64,000 nucleotides of DNA from Hypanus sabinus (lineage: Eukaryota): the NCBI RefSeq assembly GCF_030144855.1, contig NC_082738.1, forward strand, positions 44,082,001 to 44,146,000. Reading direction: 5' to 3'. This document shows positions 54,821-64,000 of this stretch, in pieces. How positions within the stretch are numbered: the first letter of the stretch is position 1; every line of letters starts with the position of its first letter. Below the pieces are notes generated by a model. It had not been told where the DNA came from. It was given only the letters and a program-made list of their open reading frames with translations, and did no database searches. The translations under genes were made by a program, and so were the position numbers.

Positions 54821-55416
54821 TCTCCTTGCCCCTAATTAACCTTCCTTCACTTCTCCATTCAACTGACATTCTTCACTTCCCTAATTATTCTATCCTAGCG
54901 CTCCCCCTTCCCTTTCTCCAGTACCCGCTACCCTAAGTTTTCAGCCACTAACCATAATCGCCTCGCGACGCCTATCGGTAGCACGTTGCCGCGACGCGTA
55001 TTTGTTAAGTTGGGAGTTCCGAGCTGGACTGACACCCGTCTCCCTTTACAAATTTATGAGAGCTCTATGGGGCGCTGACATGAAATTACAAAATAACATG
55101 CTTTTCAAAAAATCCTTCATTAGAACTTGTCCATAGACCAAAAATCTTAGCAGCAAAAGAAAAATCCACGTACGCAAGGCTACATTGCCCTGTCTACTCG
55201 TGGATGCATTTCCCTCTCCCTTTACCTCTCAAAGAGAAGCCGTAACACGTAGATAGCCCAAATCCAGGGCAAAATAAAGTACAGATCCTTGAGCCGGGGG
55301 TAGACTGGGTTCTGCGAGTTTTCTAACTGTGCCCTGCTGACGTTCTGTGGAAGCCAGAAGCCCTCGTCCCAGACTGAAATAGAAAGCCACAGCGGCAGCC
55401 AAGCGCTGCCTTCCAT
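22763..55416 (-). CDS. CERS5: Ceramide synthase 5/6-like gene, 10 coding exons, 369 aa (whole-gene span)
   Basis: Ten GT-AG exons of 191/106/131/58/51/93/129/107/157/87 nt join in frame (1110 nt). Protein has FWLPQNVS, a homeobox-like domain (LAKQLDW...[11 protein letters not shown]...KFCESMWKF), the Lag1p motif [11 protein letters not shown]...[18 protein letters not shown] and [17 protein letters not shown]5 is preferred over CERS6 on recalled motifs ([24 protein letters not shown]); orthology is uncertain. Confidence 0.93.
23522..23786 (+). mobile_element. 5'-truncated L1-like retroposon 3' end with a 14-bp TSD
   Basis: G-rich tract, AATAAA, A-rich tail; TSD aaagtacatatgtc at 23508-23521 and 23787-23800. 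Confidence 0.65.
23801..24340 (-). mobile_element. Rex1/Babar-type LINE 3' fragment
   Basis: ORFs 23892..24272 and 24041..24319 resemble the 330-848 element. Confidence 0.7.
25746..25902 (-). CDS. CERS5: CERS5-like exon 9 ([52 protein letters not shown])
   Basis: 157 nt; overlaps ORF 25710..25913; ESWEIIGP and WSYLI motifs. Confidence 0.95.
28472..28578 (-). CDS. CERS5: CERS5-like exon 8 ([36 protein letters not shown])
   Basis: 107 nt, AKMANYAK and TRL..YP motifs, AC|gtgagt donor. Confidence 0.95.
32306..32434 (-). CDS. CERS5: CERS5-like exon 7, Lag1p catalytic motif ([43 protein letters not shown])
   Basis: 129 nt, HH dyad and LHDxxD motif, canonical splice sites. Confidence 0.96.
34676..34768 (-). 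CDS. CERS5: CERS5-like exon 6 ([31 protein letters not shown])
   Basis: 93 nt, SQFxDVKRK motif, AAG|gtaag donor. Confidence 0.95.
37180..38930 (+). mobile_element. Degraded CR1 LINE ORF2 (endonuclease plus RT), in CERS intron 5
   Basis: [40 protein letters not shown] and SKF-DD remnants with many stops. Confidence 0.85.
38930..39890 (-). mobile_element. Penelope-like element 3' fragment
   Basis: Begins with the family terminal motif acacaaaa..gctggaaatcc..ctcagcaggtcaggcaacatc, then a purine-rich tract and a GIY-YIG-region-like remnant. Confidence 0.65.
39912..40069. repeat. Perfect 79-bp tandem duplication
   Basis: ctcttgggcctgagcccagcacttaaatcgattaaacc...ttgactctgc occurs at 39912 and 39991. 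Confidence 0.92.
40967..41017 (-). CDS. CERS5: CERS5-like exon 5 ([17 protein letters not shown])
   Basis: 51 nt, PWxW...CWYNYP motif, canonical splice sites. Confidence 0.95.
41977..42034 (-). CDS. CERS5: CERS5-like exon 4 ([19 protein letters not shown])
   Basis: 58 nt, tgtag|G acceptor, AAG|gtaagc donor. Confidence 0.93.
42939..44182. repeat. About 300-bp inverted duplication (arms 42939-43239 and 43883-44182)
   Basis: Arms are reverse complements with scattered mismatches, separated by a spacer of about 640 bp. Confidence 0.92.
43610..44555 (-). mobile_element. CR1 3' fragment interrupted by the inverted duplication
   Basis: Antisense CR1 tail at 43610-43825 resumes at about 44185. Confidence 0.7.
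44805..45295 (+). mobile_element. Rex1/Babar-type LINE 3' end
   Basis: IMKDPTHP...[17 protein letters not shown]; aataaa plus (gactt)n tail. Confidence 0.8.
45700..45892 (-). mobile_element. V-SINE fragment
   Basis: Antisense V-domain tgtgggaggaagctggagcacctgaaggaaacacatgc. Confidence 0.6.
46292..46422 (-). CDS. CERS5: CERS5-like exon 3, homeobox-like domain ([44 protein letters not shown])
   Basis: 131 nt, canonical splice sites, KQLDW / WF / KFCESM motifs. Confidence 0.95.
47026..47344 (-). mobile_element. Shorter copy of the same mariner MITE family
   Basis: TA-flanked, same TIR, internal sequence is the reverse complement of about 12046-12345. Confidence 0.8.
47350..48074. mobile_element. 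Degraded pogo/Tigger-like DNA transposon remnant
   Basis: Terminus ...gtgtcccaattaatcagaatccactg-ta resembles a pogo/Tigger end; boundaries approximate. Confidence 0.4.
48126..48231 (-). CDS. CERS5: CERS5-like exon 2 ([35 protein letters not shown])
   Basis: 106 nt, ttttag|G acceptor, ACG|gtaag donor, LEKVF motif. Confidence 0.93.
48650..49140 (+). mobile_element. CR1 LINE 3' fragment
   Basis: [31 protein letters not shown]. Confidence 0.78.
49180..49478 (+). mobile_element. tRNA-derived V-SINE (HE1-like)
   Basis: A/B-box-like head, V-domain gtgggtttcctcccggtgctctggtttcctcccacagtcc, LINE-derived tail. Confidence 0.7.
54788..54818. repeat. (CT)n microsatellite in CERS intron 1
   Basis: Directly visible. 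Confidence 0.9.
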
Positions 55417-55700
55417 CGTCGGAGCTGCCAAACGCACACACTCACACAGCAAGTCTACACGAACGTGACCTCTGCTGTTCTGTAACATCGATTGGTTAAA
55501 CATATTCGAAAACAAATTCCTGCCTCGAGTTCCACAATCCAGCGCACCATTTTGTATCAGAACATTTCGGATAAATTAAAGAAAGACGGGTGTACGATAG
55601 CAGATTAGACAGCTATCTATGAGGTTAGATAATATTTCCGTAATCAAACAGGTAAGAAGAGTTAAACAGTGGCTAAAATAAAACGTTCGTCAAAGGGTTT
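54950..55700 (-). promoter_or_regulatory. CpG-enriched promoter / first-exon region of the CERS gene, with CCAAT box at 55491-55495
   Basis: Clear local CpG enrichment against a CpG-poor background; CCAAT (attgg on plus strand) about 75 nt upstream of the ATG. Confidence 0.6.
55226..55416 (-). CDS. CERS5: CERS5-like coding exon 1 ([64 protein letters not shown])
   Basis: ATG in strong Kozak context (ccgacgATGG), FWLPxNVS glycosylation motif, RLLFER, donor AG|gtaaag, phase 2. Confidence 0.9.
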
Positions 55701-56979
55701 TACTCTTGGCGTTTAATATTAAAATCCAATAGTTTATTGATTCAAAATATTGTATTTTAATAAGGCTTAACGGGGAGGTTAAAGAAATAGACAGTAGGGC
55801 GGTTCCAATTTAACACAAAAACTTCAACAGCCGTGTACAGATTCTCACACAAAGATGATTCACTCACTCTGCCTCATAAGTTTCCAGCGCTTCGTTGTTT
55901 TTGAATCATGGTGTATGTGTGTGTATAATTATAAAGCGTCATTTTAGCCAAACTTTATTTTAAAACTGAATCTCTAAACTTGTATTATAAATACCATTTT
56001 TTCCTCAACCTCTTACTTAGCACAGTTTATGGAATATCTTTCCATCTGATTAATTTTTGAAAACAAAAAATAATTAAACCCATTTGTCAGCTCTTTGACA
56101 TTCTTCATTTGAAAGGTGCTAAACCAACCTATACTATCAGTAGAATGTTGAAAACCAGTTAAATCAAATGTTGCAGGGCTTGTGGGCTACTAAAAATCGT
56201 TTTTTCTTTGATGTTGGTTAAAGACAAAAGTTGCCAGACAAAATAGTTTAAGATGAACTGGAGTTTCTGAGCACTACTGTTGCAACAGTTTCATTATATC
56301 GGAAAAAAATCTTCAAAAGAAATAAACTCTTAAAAGGTACCTTTTAACATTCACTTAAGATTAATTTTCTCTTGTATGCCCAAATGTTGTATTAAATAAC
56401 AATCTTTTTGAAAATAACAATCTATTTGAAGATTTTAAAGTATGTGGATCTTTCTTGTTTAAAATGCTTTTAATTAAGCATTTCTGCCACTGGGCTTTGA
56501 GAGTTTTCAGTTTTGAGATAAAGAACAGAATGAAAATAGTAGTGTATCTTATTTAATTCAAATTCATTTTACTAGTTCTAACTGAGCAGTTTATTACAGA
56601 GTATACTGAACATTGATTTACTTTTGTGAGTCATAGCGTTTATTAACCTGCAGCTTTTGCTTTGTTTGCACACACATGGGTGAGGTTCAATTTTCAGTAT
56701 CCAGAGCAAGGCCTTGTAAATTAGTCAATATCAGAGCAGGCAATATCCATGGACAAATGACAGGAACACGAGAAAATAAAGTAGATCACCTGGCCCTTAA
56801 AGCCTGTCCTGACATTCATTATGATCATGGCTGATCCACCCCAGGCTTTGTGCCAGAGCCTTCAATCCCCCAATCTTTCAATAATGTATCTGTTTCCTCA
56901 TCAAATACTAATGAGCTAGTGTCCATAATCTCTAGGACAGAGAATTCTAAAGATTCACCACTCTCTGCAAGAAGATGAT

Positions 56980-57810
56980 TAATCAGTTGATGAGATAGTC
57001 AGATAAATGGCAGATGGAAATTAATACTGAAAAATGTGAGTATTATTTGTTTTAGAAATACTGATAAGGCTACAAACAACTCTGGAGAAACTCAATATGT
57101 AAAGTAGCATCTAAAGTAGATGTCTTGGGTCAAGACCCTTCATCTGGACTCTGGACTAGTAAAGATAGGATTCAAACAATGGGCTGAATCCTAGATATAG
57201 AGAGGAACAGAGAGATCTGCATGCACAAGGATCACCAAAGGTGGTTAAGAAAACATATAGAAAAATTCTTCATTAATCAGGGAATAGAATGCAGGAGAGG
57301 GTATACCTACTTATTACATCAGTTATGCCACAACTGGAGTACTATGTACAGTTCTAACCACCACACTATAAGAAGTATGTGATTTCACTGGAGAAAGTTG
57401 CCTGGAGTGAAGCATTTTGGCTTATGCAAAGCCTGGAGAGATCAGTTTGGTGGACAAGAAAGATAGGAGATGGAGGCATAATCTGATAGAGGTTTGCAAA
57501 ACTATGAGTGGTGTACTTCATGACAAATATTTCCTCAGCTGCACTGTTTATAGCCAGAGGGCATAAATTTAAGGTACGGGGTATGACATTGAAGGCTACA
57601 GACTGAATGTTGGAAATTGTGATTAGTATAAGACCATAATATATTGGAGCAGAATACATAGGTACTTGATGGCCAGCAATTACACAGTGCACTGAAGGCC
57701 CTGTTTCTATACTGTATTTCTAAGTAATTTCTGAGGTAGGGACATATTCGGCACAAATTTGTGGGCCGAAGGGCCTGTATTGCGCTATAGGTTTTCTATG
57801 TTTTCTATGT
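56980..57810 (+). mobile_element. Degraded CR1 3' fragments
   Basis: KWQMEIN..KCE and PQLEYYVQF remnants; CR1 tails gaagggcctgtattg...ttctatg. Confidence 0.65.
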
Positions 57811-59809
57811 ATGACTCTTTGACTCTAATAAAAAAAGGTTACAAACTTCAGACAAATACTACCCAGACCTATGTGAAATCATCCAGTTTTGCTCATCTTT
57901 AGGTATGTTCTGTGTCTATGATCCTTGCCCTTTCTTTCCCTGCTCTATTGGCCCAACACCCCAACTCCTGACTACTGATCTGAAACCCTTAACCTTATTA
58001 CCAAGGTTTACCATCCAAATGCCAAGACAACTTCATTACTAATATTTTTTACACCTCCAATTCTATCCCAATGATCTTGGACTACCTCACTCTAGAATTA
58101 TTGTATTTATTGTATTTTTACATGCAATCCACTGATGGAGCAGGTGAAATCTTGAATATGTAAGGCTTCTTTAGTAGCTTTCAACTTTACTGACTATTCC
58201 ATTGATGGGTTCTTGAATGGAATGTCACTTGGCCAAGTGTGAGTCAATTACACCTTTATAGACACCAACTGGCCTCCAGGTGCCTGTTGCATGCATATGC
58301 AGTGTTATATAGTATATTCAGAAGGAACGAATCACAATGTATTAGGAAGCAAATTCAACAGATTTCCAGTACAGCATGTTTCTCATCACATGAACAGTGC
58401 TGGAAATAATTTGTGGATCTTATTTTTTAAAACGTATCTGTTCTGATTTCCTCAATCAGAATTACTAGATGTTATAAAACCAATAAAAAAACTTAATCAC
58501 ATCCTGAAATACAGTCAAGGTCACAATTGACTCAACCATGACATTCTCATGAGTCAGAGGTTTGTGGGTTCCAGTCCCACTCCACTAGATAATATAGGTT
58601 AACATTCTAGTGTAGTACCAATTGATTGATTTTTCAGTTGGTGCATTATCAAGACTACTTTGTTTTACATGAGAAGTGTTAAAAGTTCTGTTTGCCATTT
58701 TGGATGGATGTAAAAGATGCAAAGCAACTACTTCAACTGAACTTAGGGAAATTCTCTCTAATACCCTGACCCGGTACCTTTCAAATATGACCAAAATAGA
58801 TTGTCTTTTCAGTGCAATTTGGGATGTACAAATTGGTTGCTTTTGTTTACATGACAATAGAGAATATATTTTAGATACACTGATTTTTTAAAGTGTTAGA
58901 CTTCCAAAAAAAGTGCAAGCAAATGTTTCTTAATGTCTCATCTAGGGTGATGGCAGGTAGCACAACATTAGGCTCTAAATCCCTGAGCACATGAAAGAAA
59001 AACAAAACTGACATGGTTTCCATGCCTAAATACTATCTAGGGACCTCTGGTTGCGTAACAAGAAGATTAGCTCATTGCTATTGCTTTCCTGCAATCATAG
59101 AGCCTTGTGACAGGAAAAGATTTGGGAGGGATGTGTGGCAATTGCATCATAAACCTTAAAAAAAAACTTATTTTATCCTGACACCAACACTACTCCCTCT
59201 GGAGGCTGTGTGAAGAAAAAGCTACAAAGATGATTCCTAACATTCAGATCCCAGATACAAGTAAATATTTAACAATAGATCTAGAATATCTTATAATATA
59301 GAGGTGGAGAATTTCATAATAATATGTAAAGGTAAAAACAGAAGATTAATTTTAAATTAAGAGGAGATGGTTGTTGTTGAAAACATCTGAATAGACCTTG
59401 CCAGGTTCCCTATAAGCACCAACACTACAAAAATCTACATTACCATCACCTTTTTTTATCATCTCCAAGGTCTTATTTGTCATGCTGCCTTCCAAGATTC
59501 AGTACTAGATAAGCACAAGTTTTGTTACGTTAAATGTTGGAAGTGAAAAACCATTATCTTCATTCCATGATGTTCCCAGGAAGAGGAACAACAACACTCC
59601 TCTTCCTGGGATTGGACTGTTCACAACCTGTTTGAATATGATCTGAGTTCATGACCCCACATCTTCTTCATCCCCATATCTGTCTACTGCCTCTTGCTGT
59701 AACATGGATTGTTTTGCCTCAAGGATAGGGAAAGAACATAGTCTGTGTTCTAGGAGTCAGTCATGCTCATCAGATTAATTTCTTCATGTTTTATCAGTGA
59801 TTAGGAATG

Positions 59810-61400
59810 GAGGGGTGTAACTGTGAAAGAGACAAAAAAAAGGGATTCACCAGATAATCCTGAGAGACTCAGCCCTTGCCCTTGTCTAATAAGTACGAGG
59901 TTCCCACTCCCTGTTTGGATGAGGTTAAGAACTGCAGGAAAGATGTGCAAGCTGCCCACGGCACCATGACAGAGAGAGCCTTTCAAATGGGGAGGAGGTT
60001 TAAGAAAACATTAACATAGTAATTACAGGGGATAGCATAATTAGGAGAACTAATTATTAGTTCTAATTAGAACTAATTAGGAGAAATAATTAGGAGAACT
60101 AAAAGGCAGAGAGTTCTGGAGACTATGTTGCCCATGCACTATCAGGGTTAAGGAACACACATAAAATGCTGGAGGAATTCAGCAGGTCAGGCAGCATGTA
60201 TGCAAGTAAATGAACAGTCAAAAATTTTGGGCTGAGACCCTTCATCAGGACTAGAAAGGAAGGGGCTGGAAGCAAGAGTAAAAAGGTGGAAGGAGGGGGA
60301 AGAGCACAAATGATACGCAAGTCCAGGTGGTGAGCAAGTGGGATGAAAGGGAATGATGTGAGAAGGTAGGATGCGATAGGTAGAAGAGGTAAAGGGCTAA
60401 AGAAGAAGGAATCTGATAAGAGATCACGGAACATAGGGAAGGAGGTGGGGAATAAGAAGGAGATGATGAGCAGGTCATGAGGGCAGGGAGGGAAAGAGAA
60501 GGGGTGAGATGTCCAGTACCTATACACTTCCATCACTCATCAGGAAGCCCTTAAGGCTCTCCATCTCTTTCATGACAACAGACCTAACTAGTTGCCCTCT
60601 ACCATCATCATTCTCTGCCTCCCAGAACTGGTACTTACCCTCAACAATTTCTCTTTCAGCTCCTCCCACTTTATCCAAACTAAAAGTGCAGTCATGGGCA
60701 AATGCATGGTTTCCAGCAATGTCTGCCTTTTTGTCAGCTAAAAGTACAATCTAAGCAGTCCAGGTTCCAAGCCTACACTAGTAACACTCCCTAATTCTTT
60801 CTCCACTGTGTTGAAGACTGTATTGGTGCTGCTTCCTGCACCCATGCTGAGCAGGTCAATTTCATCAACTTTGTTCTCTACTTTCACCCTATCCTCAAAT
60901 CTACTTGATCTTACTCAGCTGCAATGTTGACTGTTCATTTCCCTGATTTGATTCTGCCTGCACTGCTGAGTTCCTCCAGCATTTTGTGTGTGCTGCTCAA
61001 GATTTCCAGCATCTGCAGAATATCTTGTGTCAGGGATAAGGAACATGCCTTCTGGGCTGAAGAAGAACTGAGTGGGAAAGAGAATGTCCAGTTGCCATGG
61101 TCTAAGTAGGTGCTAACAATAGGTAGGATCTTGAAGGAGGTTCTGATGAGGGATTATAAACAATTGAGACAAAATTGAAAAGCAGAACCACATACAAATT
61201 GTCAAAGGGTAAGTAAGATGAGAGAAGTAAGCCCATGGTACAAAGAATGGTGTGAGAGAAATGAGTTCGGTTTCATGGACACTGGCATCAATATTGCTGA
61301 AGGAGAGAGCTGTTTCTTTGGGGTGGGACTAATCTGAACAGTGCCCTGGTGAATTGTTCAAAGAAAAGGCTTTAAAATAACTATACGGGTCTAGTGGTGA
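59810..61400 (+). mobile_element. Degraded CR1 ORF1 (esterase-type) remnant hosting the Penelope insertion
   Basis: LSNKYEV and VITGDSIIR motifs before the insertion; sequence resumes after the TSD. Confidence 0.55.
60158..61029. mobile_element. Penelope-like insertion with inverted termini and an internal RT fragment
   Basis: 60508-60700 reads DVQYLYTSITHQEALKAL...ELVLTLNNFSF...QTKSAVMG; 16-bp TSD with one mismatch. Confidence 0.75.
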
Positions 61401-61534
61401 GAAGTTCAATAAATCAAGCAGAAATTAAACATTGGGATCCCTGGAGAACAAGACTGGGAATTAATTACAGAAAACAAAGAAGTACATGCTTTGCAACAGT
61501 CTTCACAGTAGAGGACACTACAGATATCCCAAAT

Positions 61535-62065
61535 ATTCAGTTCTGGTCGCCTCACTACAGGAAGGATGTGGAAAACATAGAAAGGGTGCAGAGTAGATTT
61601 ACAAGGATGTTGCCTGGATTGGGGAGCGTGCCTTATGAGAATAGGTTGAGTGAACTCGGCCTTTCTTCCTTAGAGCAACAGAGGATGAGAGGTGACCTGC
61701 TGGAGGTGTATAAGATGATGAAAGGTATTGATTGTGTGGATAATCGGAGGTTTTTTCCCAGGGCTGAAATGGCTAACACGAGAGGGCACAGTTTTAAGGT
61801 GCTTAGAAGTACGTACAGACGAGATGACAGGAGTAACTTTTTTACGCAGAGAGTGGTGAGTGAATGGAATGAGCTGCCGGTAACGGTGGTGGAGGCAGAT
61901 ACGATAGGGTCATTTAAGAGACTCCTGGACAGGTACATGGAGCTCAGAAAAGTAGAGGGCTATGGGTAACCCTAGGTAATTTCTAAGGTAAGGACATGTT
62001 CGGCACAGCTTTGTGGGTCGAAGGGCCTGTATTGTGCTGTAGGTTTTCTATGTTTCTATGTGTTA
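61535..62065 (+). mobile_element. Young CR1 LINE 3' end
   Basis: QFWSPHYRKDV..ERVQ..RGDLLEVYK..TRGHSFKV..NFFTQRVV..WNELP; CpGs retained; (tttctatg)n tail. Confidence 0.88.
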
Positions 62066-62099
62066 TGTTTTTGTTTCAAATTAAAGAACTTGTAACAAT

Positions 62100-63800
62100 C
62101 CCTAACATGAAAGAACAATTTGTAGGAAAACTAATGATCATTAGATCCCAGTGACCTTCATTTAAGGCTATTAAAGGAAGCATTTGCAGAGATAATGGAG
62201 CCAATGCTGAATTTTTTCCAAAGCTCATTGAGATCCAGGAACATCCTATCAGATTGGGAAATTGCAAATATGTCTTCAATGTTCATGGAGGAAATAAAAT
62301 GTGGACAATTATAAGCTTGTTAACAACCTCTGTTATGGCAAAATGTGGGGGTCTATAATCAAGGAAGAAGTAGGTTAGTAATTTAGAAAGCTTAATGTAA
62401 TGACATCATTGGCAACATCATTTCATGAAAGATTTGACAAATTTGTTTAAGCTTTTCTTGGATGTAAAAAGTAGAGTTAATAGAAGGAAATGGAAGGGTT
62501 AACATATAAGGAGCATTTGATGGCTCTGGGACAGTAGTTACTGGAGTTTGAAAGAATGAAAAGGAGGGGACATGGAGGGGATGGTTCCTATAGTGGGGGA
62601 GTCTAGGACAAGAGGGCACAGCTTCAGAATAGAAGGACATTCCTTTAGAACAGAGATAACGAGGAATTAATTGCCACAGACAACTGTGGAGGGCAAGTTA
62701 TTGGGTATATTTACAGCGCAGGTTGATAGGTTCTTGATTAGTAAAGATGCCAAAGGTTACAGGGGAAGGCAGGAGAATAGGGTTGAAAGGGATAATAAAT
62801 CAGCCATAATGGAATGAAGGAACATACTCGATGGGCCAAATGGCCTAATTCTGCTCCTTGGCTTATGGTCTTACAGTCTAACCTGTACATGGAGTTTATT
62901 TGGATATGCAGAAATCTTTTGGACGAAGTACCAGCCACATAAAAGGCTGGCACACAAGATAAGAGCTCATGGTATTGTAGTGGGGGGGGGGGGAATCAAT
63001 TATTAACATTGAGGATTGGCTATCACATAGCTAACAGAATCAGAATAAATTGGTCTCTTTCAGGCTTAAAGGAAGTTACTTGTAGAGTCCCTCAAGCATC
63101 AGTTATTGACCCTCACTGGTCTCTGGAAGAGGGAGTAGAGTGTAAGTTATCCAAGTTTACCAATGACACAAAAATAGGTTGGAGGGCATGCTGCAATATG
63201 GAAATTTGGACTCTGCTACAGATATGGATAGCTTGAGCAAGTGGACAAAAATTTGACAAATGTAATTTAATATGGGAAAATACAAAGTCACTCACATTTT
63301 GTAGGAGGAATTTTACCTACATAAAGGAAGACTGTAGATGAATAATGGAATCTAGGTATTTTATATGTACAAATTATAAAAGGTTAGTAGGTAGGTGCAG
63401 CAAGTAACGAGGAATGTGAATGGCATATTGGCCTTCACTGCAAGAGGCTTAGAGTTTAGAAATAGGGAAATATTCTTATAGTTCTACTGAGTACCAGTGG
63501 GGCCACTCCTAGAATGGAGTACGCAGATCTGTATTCTTTGCATAAGATATACTGGAGGTAGTACAAAAAAAGAGAATCACTGGGCTAATTCCTAAAATGA
63601 GAGGGTTGACCTATCAGCAGTGACTAAAGAGATTAAATCTATATTCTTTGGAGTTCAGAAGAATGAGGGATGATCTTATTAAAGTATATAAGATCCTGAG
63701 AGAGTAGAGTAGGGTAAATGTCAAGATGTTTCCACTAGTGGAGAATCTCTAATCTGGGCATATAGCTACAAGAGTGGGTCATGGCCATCTAGATATAAGG
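62100..63800 (+). mobile_element. Degraded nested CR1 ORF2 fragments
   Basis: VPQASV, KLSKFTNDTKIG, RGDL and TRGHS remnants; a second CR1 3' end is nested at about 62500-62875. Confidence 0.7.
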
Positions 63801-63864
63801 CGTGTACTGCAGACATTCTCTCTTCTTCCCCCTCCTCCCATCAGTTAGAAGAAACAAAAGCCTT

Positions 63865-64000
63865 TGTGGTGAACTACATATTCCTGTTTGGACAACCCCC
63901 CCCCCCCCCCCCCCTGCTGACTGCTCCTGTGGCTCCTCCCACAGACCCTGGTATAAAGGCGATTGGAGCCTGAGCCCAGCCTCAGTCTGCAGGATGCAGT
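63865..64000 (+). mobile_element. Second copy of the same LTR family, truncated by the window edge, with an expanded poly-C tract
   Basis: tgtggtgaactac...ctgctgactgctcctgtggctcctcccacagaccctggtataaaggcgattgg matches the reverse complement of 985-1199. Confidence 0.8.

Noticed and set aside
55417-55515. In-frame upstream ATGs (55503, 55488) extending the CERS N-terminus
   Set aside because: They flank the CCAAT box, so they probably lie at or upstream of the TSS. The extension has no CERS similarity, and ATG 55416 has the strong Kozak context.
61394-61969. 191-aa ORF as a host gene
   Set aside because: It is a chance in-frame join of CR1 ORF2 fragments.

Overview
This is AT-rich, repeat-dense vertebrate genomic DNA. 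The repeat content (CR1 and Rex1/Babar-type LINE ends, Penelope-derived elements, V-SINEs) resembles a cartilaginous fish, probably a ray; that assignment is inference. Two spliced genes lie in tandem on the minus strand, both assembled by hand because the ORF track almost entirely misses them. The first is a complete 10-exon, divergent CERS5/CERS6-type ceramide synthase (55416->22763, 1110 nt CDS, 369 aa) with a homeobox-like domain and an intact Lag1p motif. The second, about 6 kb downstream, is a 7-coding-exon PTGES3L (p23-like HSP90 co-chaperone; 16403->2538, about 149 aa). It has a MEF2 plus E-box muscle-type promoter, a GC-AG intron and a 25-nt micro-exon carrying the stop codon. The rest is mostly fragmented transposable elements, including nested mariner/Tc1 MITEs, a solo LTR with a target-site duplication (TSD), a Penelope insertion with inverted ends, a 300-bp inverted duplication and a perfect 79-bp tandem duplication. 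I see no CRISPR, rRNA or true tRNA genes and no convincing wholly new biological system. The best leads are the unusual CERS5/6-like paralog beside PTGES3L and the splicing at the PTGES3L 3' end.
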